Shown here: positions 8,707 to 18,919 of the stretch, one piece after another
How positions within the stretch are numbered: position 1 is the stretch's first letter
Layout: every line of letters begins with the position of its first letter
NCBI GenBank assembly: GCA_031400935.1
Contig: JANNQV010000028.1
Location: 186,001-250,000 of the forward strand
Reading direction: 5' to 3'
Source of the DNA: Armatimonadota bacterium
Lineage (GTDB): Bacteria; Armatimonadota; Fimbriimonadia; Fimbriimonadales; Fimbriimonadaceae
DNA length: 64,000 nucleotides
The notes under the pieces: model-generated
The model's database searches: none
What the model was told of the DNA's origin: nothing
What the model saw: the letters and a program-made list of their open reading frames with translations, nothing else
Program-made: the position numbers and the translations under genes

Positions 8707-9669
8707 TCAAAGAATTCCACTCCTCAACAGATCTTTCAACACTAAGAGTCCCTCAACTTTTCCATCAGTTGCAATTGGCACTTCTCCAATCTTCCTTGGC
8801 AAATTCTGGAAATACTCTAGCGCTTCGACGGCAAGCAAATCAGAAGGAAGTGTTGAAGGCGAAGGTGTCATTAGCTCATTGGCAGGCGTCTCAAATGGAT
8901 TTGTGTGCTGTAAAAAGTGCCTTCGAAGGTCGCCATCGGTGATTAGCCCTAGAATCGCTTTGCCCTCATCTGCAACAATCGAAGCACCCGCACCGGCATG
9001 AGTAATGGACTTCATGACCTCAATTGCTGTCGTTTCTGGTCGGACGATAGAAACATCGGCACCAGTCCGCATTACATCGCCGACCTTCAACAACAAGCGT
9101 TTGCCAAGCGCCCCGCTTGGATGAAACTTTGCAAAATCGTCTTTGGAGAACTTGCGGCGAACCATTACCGCGACAGCCAGAGCGTCGCTTAACGCCAACA
9201 TTGCTGTCGTACTAGTAGTGGGGGCCAAATTGTTGGGACATGCCTCATCAGTTACGAATGTCTCGATTACTAAGTCGGCTAGACGTCCGGCAGAACTCTG
9301 CGGCCTGCCAGTCATCAAAATCACTTTTGCCCCGATGGTCTGGAGTGCTGGAAATAGGCGTACAAGTTCATCACTTTCGCCGCTATGGCTATACATTAGT
9401 ACAACATCGCTTGCTGTAACCATTCCCAAATCGCCATGAAGCGCTTCGCCCGCATGAAGAAACAGCGATGGCGTTCCGGTGCTTGAAAGCGTTCCGGCTG
9501 TCTTCTTTGCTATGTGACCTGACTTGCCGATTCCGCAAGCAATCACTCTTCCCTTGCATTCTAAAATCCAATCAATAGCTGTCGAATGAGAATTGTTCAG
9601 CTTTGACGCAAGGCCATCTATTGCTAAAGCTTCATGTCGAAGTGTTTGAGCAAGGATTTCTAGGCTCAT
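8707..9669 (-). CDS. kdsD: Arabinose-5-phosphate isomerase (KpsF/GutQ), SIS + CBS domains
   Basis: GIGKSGHIA, HGDLG, LAPTTST, FHPSGALG; start overlaps the arginase stop (ATGA). Confidence 0.92.
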   Translation of the reverse strand: MSLEILAQTLRHEALAIDGLASKLNNSHSTAIDWILECKGRVIACGIGKSGHIAKKTAGTLSSTGTPSLFLHAGEALHGDLGMVTASDVVLMYSHSGESDELVRLFPALQTIGAKVILMTGRPQSSAGRLADLVIETFVTDEACPNNLAPTTSTTAMLALSDALAVAVMVRRKFSKDDFAKFHPSGALGKRLLLKVGDVMRTGADVSIVRPETTAIEVMKSITHAGAGASIVADEGKAILGLITDGDLRRHFLQHTNPFETPANELMTPSPSTLPSDLLAVEALEYFQNLPRKIGEVPIATDGKVEGLLVLKDLLRSGIL

Positions 9670-10655
9670 CGAAGCGGCGCGCTCCTTCCCAAAATCGTCT
9701 TTCCAAAAAGGCTTGCAATCCATTCGACTGCAGTTTTGGCAGTCGCATTGTTTGTGTCAATGATTGGATTGATTTCAACCACGTCAAGGCCCGCAAGCGA
9801 ATAAGGCGAGTTCGGATGTTGGAGCAGTTCATGAAGCATTTCGCCCATTACATGCATTTCTCGATAAGTAAGTCCGCCTCGAACTGCAGTGCCTGTTCCG
9901 GGAGCAAGAAATGGGTCTAGCGAATCAACGTCAAAGCTAATCCACAATTTTTTAGCACCAATCCTCTTTAGCCAAGCATCAATTCGACTAACCATTTCAG
10001 CGATGCCATGCCGATCAATTTCGGACATGGTTGCCATATAACCGCCTTCCATGCTTCGGAAAAAATCCTTTTCTCCTTGGTCAACATCGCGAACGGCAAA
10101 CCATCCAACAGACTTGTTGTTAAGTGCAGGTTTGCCTACGATTTCTTGCTGCAATCGCGACCATTGTTCGTCAGCAACTCCCTTTTGGTACGGTCCAACG
10201 GCCCCTGATTCCATTGCGAATGGCAAGTCCATTAACGCGCCAAGTACCATTCCATGCAGATTTCCAGATGGCGACGTCGCGGGGGTGTTTATGTCCATGT
10301 GAGCGTCAATCCACAAAACGGCAAGGTCGCTTCCGAAAACACTTAGAGCACCGGAGACCGAGCCAATCGAATTGCTGTGATCGCCGCCAAGAACGATGGC
10401 CGTCGAACCTGTTTCGCAAGCCTTTTTCACAAGAGTTCGAATTTGCGAATAGTTGTCAAATGCGGGCTCAAAATTTTTCAGTCCGCCGATTACCGTGGAC
10501 TCTTCTTTCAAGGCAATGTCGCCGCGATCCAGCCAATCCAGACCTAATTCGGTAAGCAAGCTCGCAAGATTAGCAAGTCGGGCAGCGGCTGGGCCAAGGC
10601 GGCTTCCAGGCCGAAATCCGCATCCATCCCAAGGCGCTCCAATGATCTCAATCAC
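9666..10655 (-). CDS. rocF: Arginase
   Basis: GGDHS, WIDAHMDINT, SGNLHGM, SFDVDSLDP, VEINP. Confidence 0.9.
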   Translation of the reverse strand: MIEIIGAPWDGCGFRPGSRLGPAAARLANLASLLTELGLDWLDRGDIALKEESTVIGGLKNFEPAFDNYSQIRTLVKKACETGSTAIVLGGDHSNSIGSVSGALSVFGSDLAVLWIDAHMDINTPATSPSGNLHGMVLGALMDLPFAMESGAVGPYQKGVADEQWSRLQQEIVGKPALNNKSVGWFAVRDVDQGEKDFFRSMEGGYMATMSEIDRHGIAEMVSRIDAWLKRIGAKKLWISFDVDSLDPFLAPGTGTAVRGGLTYREMHVMGEMLHELLQHPNSPYSLAGLDVVEINPIIDTNNATAKTAVEWIASLFGKTILGRSAPLR

Positions 10656-10729
10656 GATTCGGAAGTGTACACGAGTCCGCCATTTGAAGGCTTCGAACGC
10701 GAACAGTCAGTTTTGAACTGGATTCAAGA

Positions 10730-13700
10730 CTATCGAACGATTCGCACAACAATTCGGTCCACTCTTTCTGTCCATCCATCAACTGCGCTTGTGTCAGCCG
10801 TAGGCACCCATAGAAGCCTAGCTTTGATTTGACCGGATGCTGAAACAAATCGGCTCGGATTGTTTGTGACATTTACAATGATTCGAGAATCTGAAATCGT
10901 TGATGCCCAAGCATCAACGTTAACCCAAGTGCCAGCAACTTGATCATAAAGCCGCACGATTTGTGTTAAGTCAGTTCTGGATGCACCCGTTTCGACAGCA
11001 ATATAAAGCTCAAGCACAGGCCCAGGAGTCGCTGCATAAGTAAGTTCGATATCTCCATTTGCGTCAAACTCGTCGTTCAAAATAATTACTGACAAGTTAT
11101 CGCTGGAAGCAAGATCAGCGACTGTGCCCCCGAACAGTAGCCCTCCCAAAACATTCATGGTGACCGGGGAATAGGTTTTGGGAAGGTCAAACTTCCACAT
11201 TCCTCGTCCGTATGTGGCAGCATACAGTGTTTGGAGCCCTGGTGCGATTTTTACGTCATTCGCTCTAACATTTGGCAGTCCCAACGGACGCGTTGCCGAA
11301 GTCCATGAAGCTCCGCCGTTTTCGGTCATGAATACGCCAAGGTCTGTACCTACGAACCAGGTTCGGTCAAAGTCAAAAATGTCAGAGCAGATTGATTGTG
11401 CAGGGACATTTGGCAATCCCGTAATTCCCGATCCGCTCACGTCGGTCCAAGTTCTAGCCGCTCCCGCCAAAGTGTTTGGACACTTCCAAACATGCCCAGA
11501 GCCCGTTCCAGAAACAGTAACTAATATCTCATTTTTGTTAGCCGGATTCGCTGAAATATGAGTAATTGTTCGGTTTGGCAGGCTCGTTAGGCCGATATTG
11601 ATCTGCGTCCAGGTAACTCCCTTGTCGGTAGACATCCAAACCTGACCGTCGCTTGCTCCGGTGTAAATTCTATTCGTGTCACCCGGCGCAATGGTGATTG
11701 CCCGCAGATTTCCAGAAGCACTCAAAAGCTGGCCGCCCAGCCTCGCCGTCCAAACTCCTGTCGCATCATCCCGACGCCACAGATAATTTGTGCCCGCGTA
11801 GAGCAAGTTGTAATTGTTAGGATCAAGGACGATTGGCGCAATGAACGCTTTCGAATCGCCGCCAGTGCTCGGAGTAATTGTCGTTTGGCTTGACCAATAG
11901 TTGCTCGTTCGATAGACTCCAAGCGACTGCGAAGTGGTGTATTGAATGTTCGGTGAAGACTGATTGATGCAGCTAAATCCGCCATCGCCGCCGCCGCAAT
12001 TCTCCCAATTGGCAAGGTCTCCAACAGAAGCCGGCGTAGCATTGTCTTGGGTGCCCCCAATCATGACGTTTGCATTAGAATTGTGAAAATCGGCTTTGTA
12101 GAACATGCTTACGCCAAGGTTTCGGTTCAAATATGTCCAACCTCCGTTGTTCGTCGCGGGATCGAATGTGTATCGGTACGCACCGCCATCGCCGCCAATG
12201 TAAACGCGATTCGGATTTGTCGGATCGGGAATGCAAAAGTGCTGATCGTTGTGAGTGAGTGCTCCAGCTACGTACGTTGGGCCGCCAATGGATCGCCAAG
12301 TTGCCCCACCATCGTAAGATTGAGCCGCATCAATCATGCCGACATAGATGACGTCTTGAGGACCAGGTCGCGAGGAGACATTCAGGTACCAGTTGTAGGT
12401 GCCTTGACTCCAAAAATAGTTGCTTGTTCCATTAGGAAATGTGCCCGTGATGTTGGTCCAGGTTACTCCTTGATTCACACTCTTGTGAACCTGGCGATCG
12501 GCGTTTACGACCATGTAAACAGTATCCGGAAACACCGGCGAAGCACAAACAGAAATTACAGAGTGATTGGTTGCCGCAGAAGCCAGAGTCGTCAGTTTCG
12601 TCCATGTCGCCCCTCGGTCAAGTGAGCGCCAAACATTGCCTCCAGTTCCTCCTCCGGAAACGTAGTAAGCGCGAACGCCATTTGTTGTGTTCAAAGCGCC
12701 AATCGAAACCTGCGACCAATTGAAAGCAGAATTGAGCACATTTGTCCATGACGTGCCGCCGTTCGTTGATCGCCACACGAACCCTGAACCCCCTGAACCC
12801 CTGCCGGTTGAAACTGTAACGATGTTCGGGTTTTCTGGGTCAATTGCAATGGAACTGACTGCGCGAGTGCCGAATTCTGGCCGTCCCAAATTCGTCCATG
12901 TCGCTCCGCCATCTAGCGACTTCATGATTCCAAATTGGTAGCCGATTCCTCCGGAATAGTCGCCGGTTCCCACATAAATGATGTTTCCGTTGGTTGGGTG
13001 CACGGCGATACTGCTAACGGTTAACCATTCCCAGCCGTCGGTGAGCGCAGTCCAATCAATGCCGCCGTTGGTTGACTTCCAAACGCCTCCCCATCCGCCG
13101 CCAAGATAAAGCGTATTTGGATTCGTAGGATCAACTGCCAATGCGTTCACTCTGCCATTGATCGGGCGAACTCCGTAATACGTCGAATAGGGGATATCTA
13201 GGTTGGTTGGGCCGACGAATTGCCACTGCATCGTGCCAAGCGAGTCGCCCAATCGCCCGTATGCTGGCGGCATTTGATCTCGCTGCACGACGCCTTCTTC
13301 ATAGGCTTTGTAGTTGACTCTGTTGTTGGGATAGGCTCGTTCTTCGAGCCAATAGCGATAGGCTTCGTAGTAACCAGTCTTGATTTTGTCCATCCTTTCC
13401 AAGGGTGGCAATCCGAGAATTTTCGCCATTTTTTCCCGGTCAGAATTGCGCCCTTTCATTTCCGCAATCGTTTTGTTGACTGCAGATAGCGAGTTCAAAT
13501 TGGTGTCATCCAAGTGACTCAACGCAGTTCCCTTTCGAACAAATAGGACGGATTTATCTTTGCGAATCGAGGCTAATTCTGCTGCTTCATCTGTTGTGAG
13601 GGACATTCGGAAAATCGAGTATTTTTCATCCGTTTCGATCAACTTGCCAAAATCGTTCAAGCGTGAAACAGTGGAAGCGAGCTTCCCTTTCTTTACGCCA

Positions 13701-13780
13701 ATGGACAACACAGATTGCGCCATCAGTTGGCTTGCCGCCAGTACCAAGGCAATCACGATAAATATTCGCTTTTGAAACAT
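10730..13780 (-). CDS. Secreted BNR/Asp-box beta-propeller protein (VPS10/xyloglucanase-like) with an uncharacterised C-terminal domain
   Basis: Signal peptide; many SxDGGxTW Asp boxes; GGTQDNA, GGDGG and ATYGRGMW motifs. Confidence 0.85.
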   Translation of the reverse strand: MFQKRIFIVIALVLAASQLMAQSVLSIGVKKGKLASTVSRLNDFGKLIETDEKYSIFRMSLTTDEAAELASIRKDKSVLFVRKGTALSHLDDTNLNSLSAVNKTIAEMKGRNSDREKMAKILGLPPLERMDKIKTGYYEAYRYWLEERAYPNNRVNYKAYEEGVVQRDQMPPAYGRLGDSLGTMQWQFVGPTNLDIPYSTYYGVRPINGRVNALAVDPTNPNTLYLGGGWGGVWKSTNGGIDWTALTDGWEWLTVSSIAVHPTNGNIIYVGTGDYSGGIGYQFGIMKSLDGGATWTNLGRPEFGTRAVSSIAIDPENPNIVTVSTGRGSGGSGFVWRSTNGGTSWTNVLNSAFNWSQVSIGALNTTNGVRAYYVSGGGTGGNVWRSLDRGATWTKLTTLASAATNHSVISVCASPVFPDTVYMVVNADRQVHKSVNQGVTWTNITGTFPNGTSNYFWSQGTYNWYLNVSSRPGPQDVIYVGMIDAAQSYDGGATWRSIGGPTYVAGALTHNDQHFCIPDPTNPNRVYIGGDGGAYRYTFDPATNNGGWTYLNRNLGVSMFYKADFHNSNANVMIGGTQDNATPASVGDLANWENCGGGDGGFSCINQSSPNIQYTTSQSLGVYRTSNYWSSQTTITPSTGGDSKAFIAPIVLDPNNYNLLYAGTNYLWRRDDATGVWTARLGGQLLSASGNLRAITIAPGDTNRIYTGASDGQVWMSTDKGVTWTQINIGLTSLPNRTITHISANPANKNEILVTVSGTGSGHVWKCPNTLAGAARTWTDVSGSGITGLPNVPAQSICSDIFDFDRTWFVGTDLGVFMTENGGASWTSATRPLGLPNVRANDVKIAPGLQTLYAATYGRGMWKFDLPKTYSPVTMNVLGGLLFGGTVADLASSDNLSVIILNDEFDANGDIELTYAATPGPVLELYIAVETGASRTDLTQIVRLYDQVAGTWVNVDAWASTISDSRIIVNVTNNPSRFVSASGQIKARLLWVPTADTSAVDGWTERVDRIVVRIVR

Positions 13781-13884
13781 ATTCCTAACCCTGTTAACAG
13801 GATAGCAGGCAGGACCGCAAAAGTTCGCAGTTTTTTCTCTGTTCCTTCACAAATCTGGTAAGAGGCACTCAAAGCATGCGCAGT

Positions 13885-13922
13885 CAACCGCCAACCAACA
13901 ACCAACAAACAACAAACAACAA
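13885..13922. repeat. Degenerate heptamer tandem repeat (CAA[C/A]CAA)n
   Basis: caaccgc caaccaa caaccaa caaacaa caaacaa. Confidence 0.8.
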
Positions 13923-13946
13923 CTCCAAAAATGGTAGCTTCCCTCT

Positions 13947-14654
13947 ATGCCGCCAAAACGCTACACCTGCCATCGAGCAGCAAGGCCATTGAGAATTGAT
14001 GGCAAGATTTCTGACGCGCAATGGGAAAACGCGCCTTGTACCGACGACTTCGTAGACATCGAAGGCGACAAAAAACCAGAGCCGCGGTTCCGCACAAGAG
14101 TGAAAATGCTTTGGGATTCGGAGTTTCTCTACATCGCCGCCGAAATGGAAGAGCCGCACGTTTGGGCGACGCTTACAGAGCACGATTCGGTGATTTTTCA
14201 AGACAATGATTTTGAAGTCTTCATTGATCCCGATGGCGATGCCGAGCGTTACTTTGAGTTCGAAATCAATGCTCTCAACACTGGCTGGGACCTGTATTTA
14301 GAAAAGGCGTATCGCGACGGCGGTTCGGCGGACAACAGTTGGGACATGCCGGGCTACAAATCGGCAGTTCATGTAAACGGAACACTAAACGATCCCTCCG
14401 ACATTGATATAGGCTGGACAGTCGAGATCGCAATGCCATGGGAGAGTATGAAGGATGGAGGAATGCCAGTACCCCCACATCCGGGCGATGTTTGGCGTAT
14501 CAACTTCAGCCGGGTTCAATGGCAAGTGGACATAATTAACGGCAAATATGTGAAGCGTCCAGGGCTGAAAGAAGACAACTGGGTTTGGAGTCCCCAAGGC
14601 GTGATTGACATGCACCAGCCCGAAATGTGGGGGTTTTTGGATCTGAGGGATTAG
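13947..14654 (+). CDS. Carbohydrate-binding family 9-like (CBM9/DOMON) protein
   Basis: IDGKISDAQW, DNDFEVFIDP, WTVEIAMPW, WRINFSRVQW. Confidence 0.88.
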   Translation: MPPKRYTCHRAARPLRIDGKISDAQWENAPCTDDFVDIEGDKKPEPRFRTRVKMLWDSEFLYIAAEMEEPHVWATLTEHDSVIFQDNDFEVFIDPDGDAERYFEFEINALNTGWDLYLEKAYRDGGSADNSWDMPGYKSAVHVNGTLNDPSDIDIGWTVEIAMPWESMKDGGMPVPPHPGDVWRINFSRVQWQVDIINGKYVKRPGLKEDNWVWSPQGVIDMHQPEMWGFLDLRD

Positions 14655-14862
14655 AGGGGACGAGATATTTTGTATTTTCGGACTTTGGATCGTGGAATTC
14701 GCCATCCGATAGCCGACAACAAACAACGAATTTCGGCATGAAATAGAATCGGCACGTCACCGGCACTACAACGAAATCCTGTCATAATTGCTAGTATCAA
14801 TAGCAGGAAAACTGACTTATACTGAATCGGAATAGTCCCATGAGAGTGGGACAGGAGAATTT

Positions 14863-15456
14863 ATGCGACATACAATATCAGTTTGCTTGGCGACAAGCGC
14901 TCTCATGGCGGTAGCGGCAACCGGCAACGCCTTCAATTTGCTTTCGAACCCCGGATTTGAAACAGGTTCGATTTCGCCGTGGTTTCAGGCCAGAGAATGG
15001 GGCACCAACGGCATAGGCCAGATTTGGCACGCTACTAACACGGATTCGAATACCGGTTCTTGGTCTGGCAAGGTCGAGTCTAACAAGGAGATTCGCCAGA
15101 ACTTTCTTGGCGGGCCAGTTTCAACCGCTTTGATTACAGCGGTTTCTGTTTGGGTTAAAGTGCCAGAAATATCGTCATTTGGAATCTGGCTGTACTATTC
15201 CGACGCTACAGAGGAAATGTCTATTCATACAGGCTCCAATGCCTGGGTCCAATACAATGTGACAGCGAATCTCGACGTTGGAAAGTCGTTGAGCGGATTC
15301 GGCGTAAACGGCTACAGTGGCGGTGGTCCTGCGGCGGACATCGTGTTTGCCGACGACGGCTTAGTGGAATCCGCTGTTCCTGAACCGGCAACACTTGCGG
15401 CTCTTGGTATTGGTGCAGTGGCGTTCGTTCGTCGCCGTAGGTCACTAAGCAAATAG
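14863..15456 (+). CDS. PEP-CTERM sorting-domain protein
   Basis: Signal peptide, NPGFETG, and C-terminal VPEPATLAALGIGAVAFVRRRR. Confidence 0.92.
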   Translation: MRHTISVCLATSALMAVAATGNAFNLLSNPGFETGSISPWFQAREWGTNGIGQIWHATNTDSNTGSWSGKVESNKEIRQNFLGGPVSTALITAVSVWVKVPEISSFGIWLYYSDATEEMSIHTGSNAWVQYNVTANLDVGKSLSGFGVNGYSGGGPAADIVFADDGLVESAVPEPATLAALGIGAVAFVRRRRSLSK

Positions 15457-15482
15457 TCGGCTCGAACTTAGCTTGAATACAG

Positions 15483-15512
15483 AAAGTGGAGTGCACCTTT
15501 GCACTCCACTTT
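15483..15512. terminator. Bidirectional intrinsic terminator
   Basis: AAAGTGGAGTGCA-CCTT-TGCACTCCACTTT between convergent genes. Confidence 0.8.
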
Positions 15513-15528
15513 TATGAGGGATCAACCC

Positions 15529-16050
15529 CTACCCACCCTTCGACAGCTTCATTTCCATAAACTTGAGCGGTTTGTCGTTCCCAGCGATAGTGACCTCACC
15601 AGATTCGAGCCACTCCCCCTTATCAGTAATCGTCATAGTGAACTTGATTTTCGGAGCCCCTTCTCGCACGATCTCCCACCAAAACCCTTTTTCGATAACA
15701 TGAAGCTCAAATTCGGAAGATGGCTGATTGAACAAGTGGGCTTGGAATCGGTACTTCTTGTTCGGAACATCGTAAGTGATAACTGCGAGCGTTTCGTGTA
15801 CCACCGCTTTTGTTTCGGGGTTGAAGAACTTTCCTTCGATTAAGAGTGCCTTGCCCTGGAGCTTCTTCTGAACAGTTTCGCCGCCAGTGTAGGTCACATT
15901 CTGGCCTGGGCCGGTCATTGAGAACCCACCTCCGCTCCATGAGCCAACGAGGAAATCGAGCTTTGCCATAGCTGCAATTTCTTCTGGTGAGGGACCGGCA
16001 GAGGGGCGCTGGGCAAAAAGAACAAGTGCGATTGAAGGGACTAGAACCAT
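15529..16050 (-). CDS. Secreted beta-barrel hypothetical protein (DUF1579-like)
   Basis: Signal-like N-terminus and LDFLVGSWSGGG motif. Confidence 0.7.
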   Translation of the reverse strand: MVLVPSIALVLFAQRPSAGPSPEEIAAMAKLDFLVGSWSGGGFSMTGPGQNVTYTGGETVQKKLQGKALLIEGKFFNPETKAVVHETLAVITYDVPNKKYRFQAHLFNQPSSEFELHVIEKGFWWEIVREGAPKIKFTMTITDKGEWLESGEVTIAGNDKPLKFMEMKLSKGG

Positions 16051-16117
16051 AGTTGATTATTGCATAGCTTCAAAAAATGGCCCTGGCGGCAATCCTAAAC
16101 ATCACGCCTTTGAACTC

Positions 16118-16582
16118 TTAACTTTCTCTAAACCTGTTAACGGAAATTGCAATTCGAAAAGTTGAGAACACAATGAGGTAGAAGAAAATGGACATTGGAA
16201 AGCTCTCTGGTACGAATACTGAATCTGGCATGTTTGTAATGCTCAGTTCTCTCCAAAAGAGCAAGAACGAAGCAATTGAAACTGCAACCAAATTGCCTCC
16301 TGAAATTAATGCAATTTGAGTGCCGCACCTGACAGCTTCATCAACCGAATCCCATTTGGCGTGATCGGAAAAGCTCCTAAGTTGAAATCGCGAAGTCTTG
16401 TAATGCATTAATGCCATCAGAGTCCCGATTACGCACCAGATTGCAACGGCGAGTTTGGGAAAAGCACCGTGTTTGGGAACAGCGTCAAGTGCGAAACAGG
16501 CTGCGTTGCCGACAACACTGGATACGATTAACCATAACCAGAACGAGATTGAAACAGTCTTAATGACTTTGAGAATGTTCAA
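16118..16582 (-). CDS. Hypothetical membrane protein with about 4 TM segments
   Basis: Hydrophobic ORF filling the gap between genes. Confidence 0.5.
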   Translation of the reverse strand: MNILKVIKTVSISFWLWLIVSSVVGNAACFALDAVPKHGAFPKLAVAIWCVIGTLMALMHYKTSRFQLRSFSDHAKWDSVDEAVRCGTQIALISGGNLVAVSIASFLLFWRELSITNMPDSVFVPESFPMSIFFYLIVFSTFRIAISVNRFRES

Positions 16583-16611
16583 GTTCTGCAGGAATTACTC
16601 CAATAGTTAGA

Positions 16612-16830
16612 TCAACTTGCAACTTTCACATAAGCTACAGTTGAACCCGGAGCTGGAACTTCTTCGCCATCTGATTTGGCTGATTCGATCCAAAGTTCAA
16701 TTGCTTCTCGGATGTGCTCAATCGCTTCTTCTCGATCCTTTCCCCAACTAACACAACCTGGCAGGTCGGGGGCGCTCACTGAATATCTGCCATCTTCTTC
16801 TAATTCCAAAATAATTGGATATTCTTTCAT
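16612..16830 (-). CDS. hicB: HicB-family antitoxin (short form)
   Basis: YSVSAPDLPGCVSWG...EAIELWIE...EVP. Confidence 0.92.
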   Translation of the reverse strand: MKEYPIILELEEDGRYSVSAPDLPGCVSWGKDREEAIEHIREAIELWIESAKSDGEEVPAPGSTVAYVKVAS

Positions 16831-17012
16831 AGTTTGATTCCTGCTTTCTTTACTATATCACGCAATGTCCCTTTCGGCAAATCGCCATGGTGCATTGGAA
16901 CTACAACTCGTCCGGTTCGTTCTGCATGTTTGAATACGGCGTGCGATCCGCGCTGACGATCCTTGTACCAACCCGCTTTCTCGACCAAGCTGACGACCTC
17001 TTTTGCTGTCAT
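16827..17012 (-). CDS. hicA: HicA-family mRNase toxin
   Basis: GWYKDRQRGSHAVFKH...VPMH...LPKGTL; ATGA overlap with hicB. Confidence 0.92.
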   Translation of the reverse strand: MTAKEVVSLVEKAGWYKDRQRGSHAVFKHAERTGRVVVPMHHGDLPKGTLRDIVKKAGIKL

Positions 17013-17083
17013 GCTTTTACGTTACCTTCGAATACTAAGTTCGAGAATCGCATGTATGTAAGGTTGTGATGCGCCCCCATCCT

Positions 17084-17149
17084 ATCCTTCCCCCGTCACG
17101 CTTCGTCTGTTCCCTTCGAAATTTAGAATTATGTGATGGGGGAAGGGAT
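17084..17149. repeat. REP-like inverted repeat (CCTTCCCCC/GGGGGAAGG type)
   Basis: ATCCTTCCCCCGTCAC ... GTGATGGGGGAAGGGAT. Confidence 0.6.
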
Positions 17150-17170
17150 CGTAGCGGGTAAAACTCACAA

Positions 17171-18904
17171 ATGCGAACGCTCGCCCTAATTGCCCTTGCA
17201 ACATTTGTCGGATTGGCTCAGGCCCGAATTGAATACACAGCCACAGTTGAACTCCCCGACAAGCTGAAAATCGAAATTCGAGTCCCAATCAAGGATGCGG
17301 TTACCAAGTTCCAAATTCCCAACTTTGCTCCTGGACACTATGTTTTGCTCAACAGCCCTGCCGATGTAAAAAACGTAACAGCAGAAGGGCCAGAAGGTAT
17401 AGAGGCAAAAGTTACGAAAGAGGATAACAACACCTATTCGGTAGCTACGCCTTCTCGTGGGATGCTCACTTTCCGATACCAAAAGACCGCACGAATCAAC
17501 GAGGGGGCGTTTCTTTGGCAAGGGCCGTACGAATACATGTATGTCCTAGGCCGAAAGGACGAAGCTTGCATGCTAACTTTCCAAGGGCCGGAGAATTTTA
17601 AGTTCGCGGTTTCGCTGGACCCAGCCGGAAACAACAAATATTGGGCTCCGAATTATGATGTTCTCGCGGATTGCCCCGTGACTGCGGGCGATTTGCTGAT
17701 GGACAACTACACGGTTGCTGGCAAGCCGCATTTTATCGTTCTTTATGGGGCAGCAAAGACAGATGTGGACCGCCCGAAACTCAACCAGATTTGCAAGTCG
17801 CTAACCGAAGAGCAAGTCAGATTCTTTGGCGGCGCACCATACAAAAGGTACATGTGGCATTTCAGGGTGAATGATACAGTTGATGGCGGCGGCGGGCTCG
17901 AGCACTTGAACAGCACGAATATCAGCCTAGCCAGCGGACTTGGCAATGGCGTGATCTCTGTTCTATCTCACGAATTCTTCCATTTGTGGAATGTGAAAAG
18001 AATTCGTTCGGCTCCGCTTGGACCATTTGATTATTTGAAGATTCCTAAGACCGGGGCGCTATGGTGGCTCGAAGGCGTAACCGATTATTATGCTGATATC
18101 ATCCTCGCTCGCTCAAAAGTGCTGCCAGAAGACAACTTTTGGAGTTCAATCGCTTCAAATGTTTACATAACCCGAGGAAACGAAAACAGGCTCAAGATCT
18201 CTCCGTATGATTCCAGTTTTCGGGTTGGAGAAGCCAGCGGCGGAAGGGGGAACAGCGCGGGTCTTTTGGTGAACTATTACAACACGGGCTGGGTTTTGGG
18301 ACTCTGTTTGGACTTAGAAATCAGGGATCGTACTAAGGGTATCCGATCACTCGACGACGTAACTCGCGCATTATTCGAGCTATGCAAGAACGACAAACCC
18401 GGCTTTGCCGAAGATGAAATTCGTAAGCTGCTCATTCGATTTGGTGGGCCAGAAATGGGGCCGATCTATGACAAATGGGTGATGCAGCCTGGAGAGCTTC
18501 CGGTTGAAGAACAGCTCGCAAAAGCTGGATTTCTTTATGAAGTGGCTCCTAGGCGCGTCCCAGACCTGGGCTTCTCGGCAACGCAATCACGAAGCGATGA
18601 AGCAATGAGAATCAATTCAGTTAAACCGTTTGCGAATGGACTTTTGAAAGTTGGAGACTTGATCGTTGAGATAAATGGAGTGGCTTGCGTTGGAAAAACA
18701 ACAAGGGCCATTCGTCAAGGGTACGATGCGGGACTTGCAAGGCAGTCGTTCTCCGATTCTGGAAAACTAAAAGTTAAGCGGGACGGGCAGGTTGTAGAAG
18801 TGATGATTTCGCCTGAAGTCTTGAAGTTATCGAGCTCTGTAGTGAAATCTGTTGCCTCGCCATCTGAGCAACATCTTAGAGTGCGGCAAAGCTGGCTAAA
18901 TTAG
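17171..18904 (+). CDS. M61-family glycyl aminopeptidase with PDZ domain
   Basis: GGGLEH, HEFFHLWNVKRIR, WLEGVTDYY, and a PDZ-like GDLIVEING. Confidence 0.92.
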   Translation: MRTLALIALATFVGLAQARIEYTATVELPDKLKIEIRVPIKDAVTKFQIPNFAPGHYVLLNSPADVKNVTAEGPEGIEAKVTKEDNNTYSVATPSRGMLTFRYQKTARINEGAFLWQGPYEYMYVLGRKDEACMLTFQGPENFKFAVSLDPAGNNKYWAPNYDVLADCPVTAGDLLMDNYTVAGKPHFIVLYGAAKTDVDRPKLNQICKSLTEEQVRFFGGAPYKRYMWHFRVNDTVDGGGGLEHLNSTNISLASGLGNGVISVLSHEFFHLWNVKRIRSAPLGPFDYLKIPKTGALWWLEGVTDYYADIILARSKVLPEDNFWSSIASNVYITRGNENRLKISPYDSSFRVGEASGGRGNSAGLLVNYYNTGWVLGLCLDLEIRDRTKGIRSLDDVTRALFELCKNDKPGFAEDEIRKLLIRFGGPEMGPIYDKWVMQPGELPVEEQLAKAGFLYEVAPRRVPDLGFSATQSRSDEAMRINSVKPFANGLLKVGDLIVEINGVACVGKTTRAIRQGYDAGLARQSFSDSGKLKVKRDGQVVEVMISPEVLKLSSSVVKSVASPSEQHLRVRQSWLN

Positions 18905-18919
18905 AGACTTTTCGATAAG

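Noticed and set aside
16612..17012. hicAB as a marker of a mobile or defence island
   Set aside because: No flanking repeats, integrase or other defence genes; an ordinary solitary toxin-antitoxin pair.
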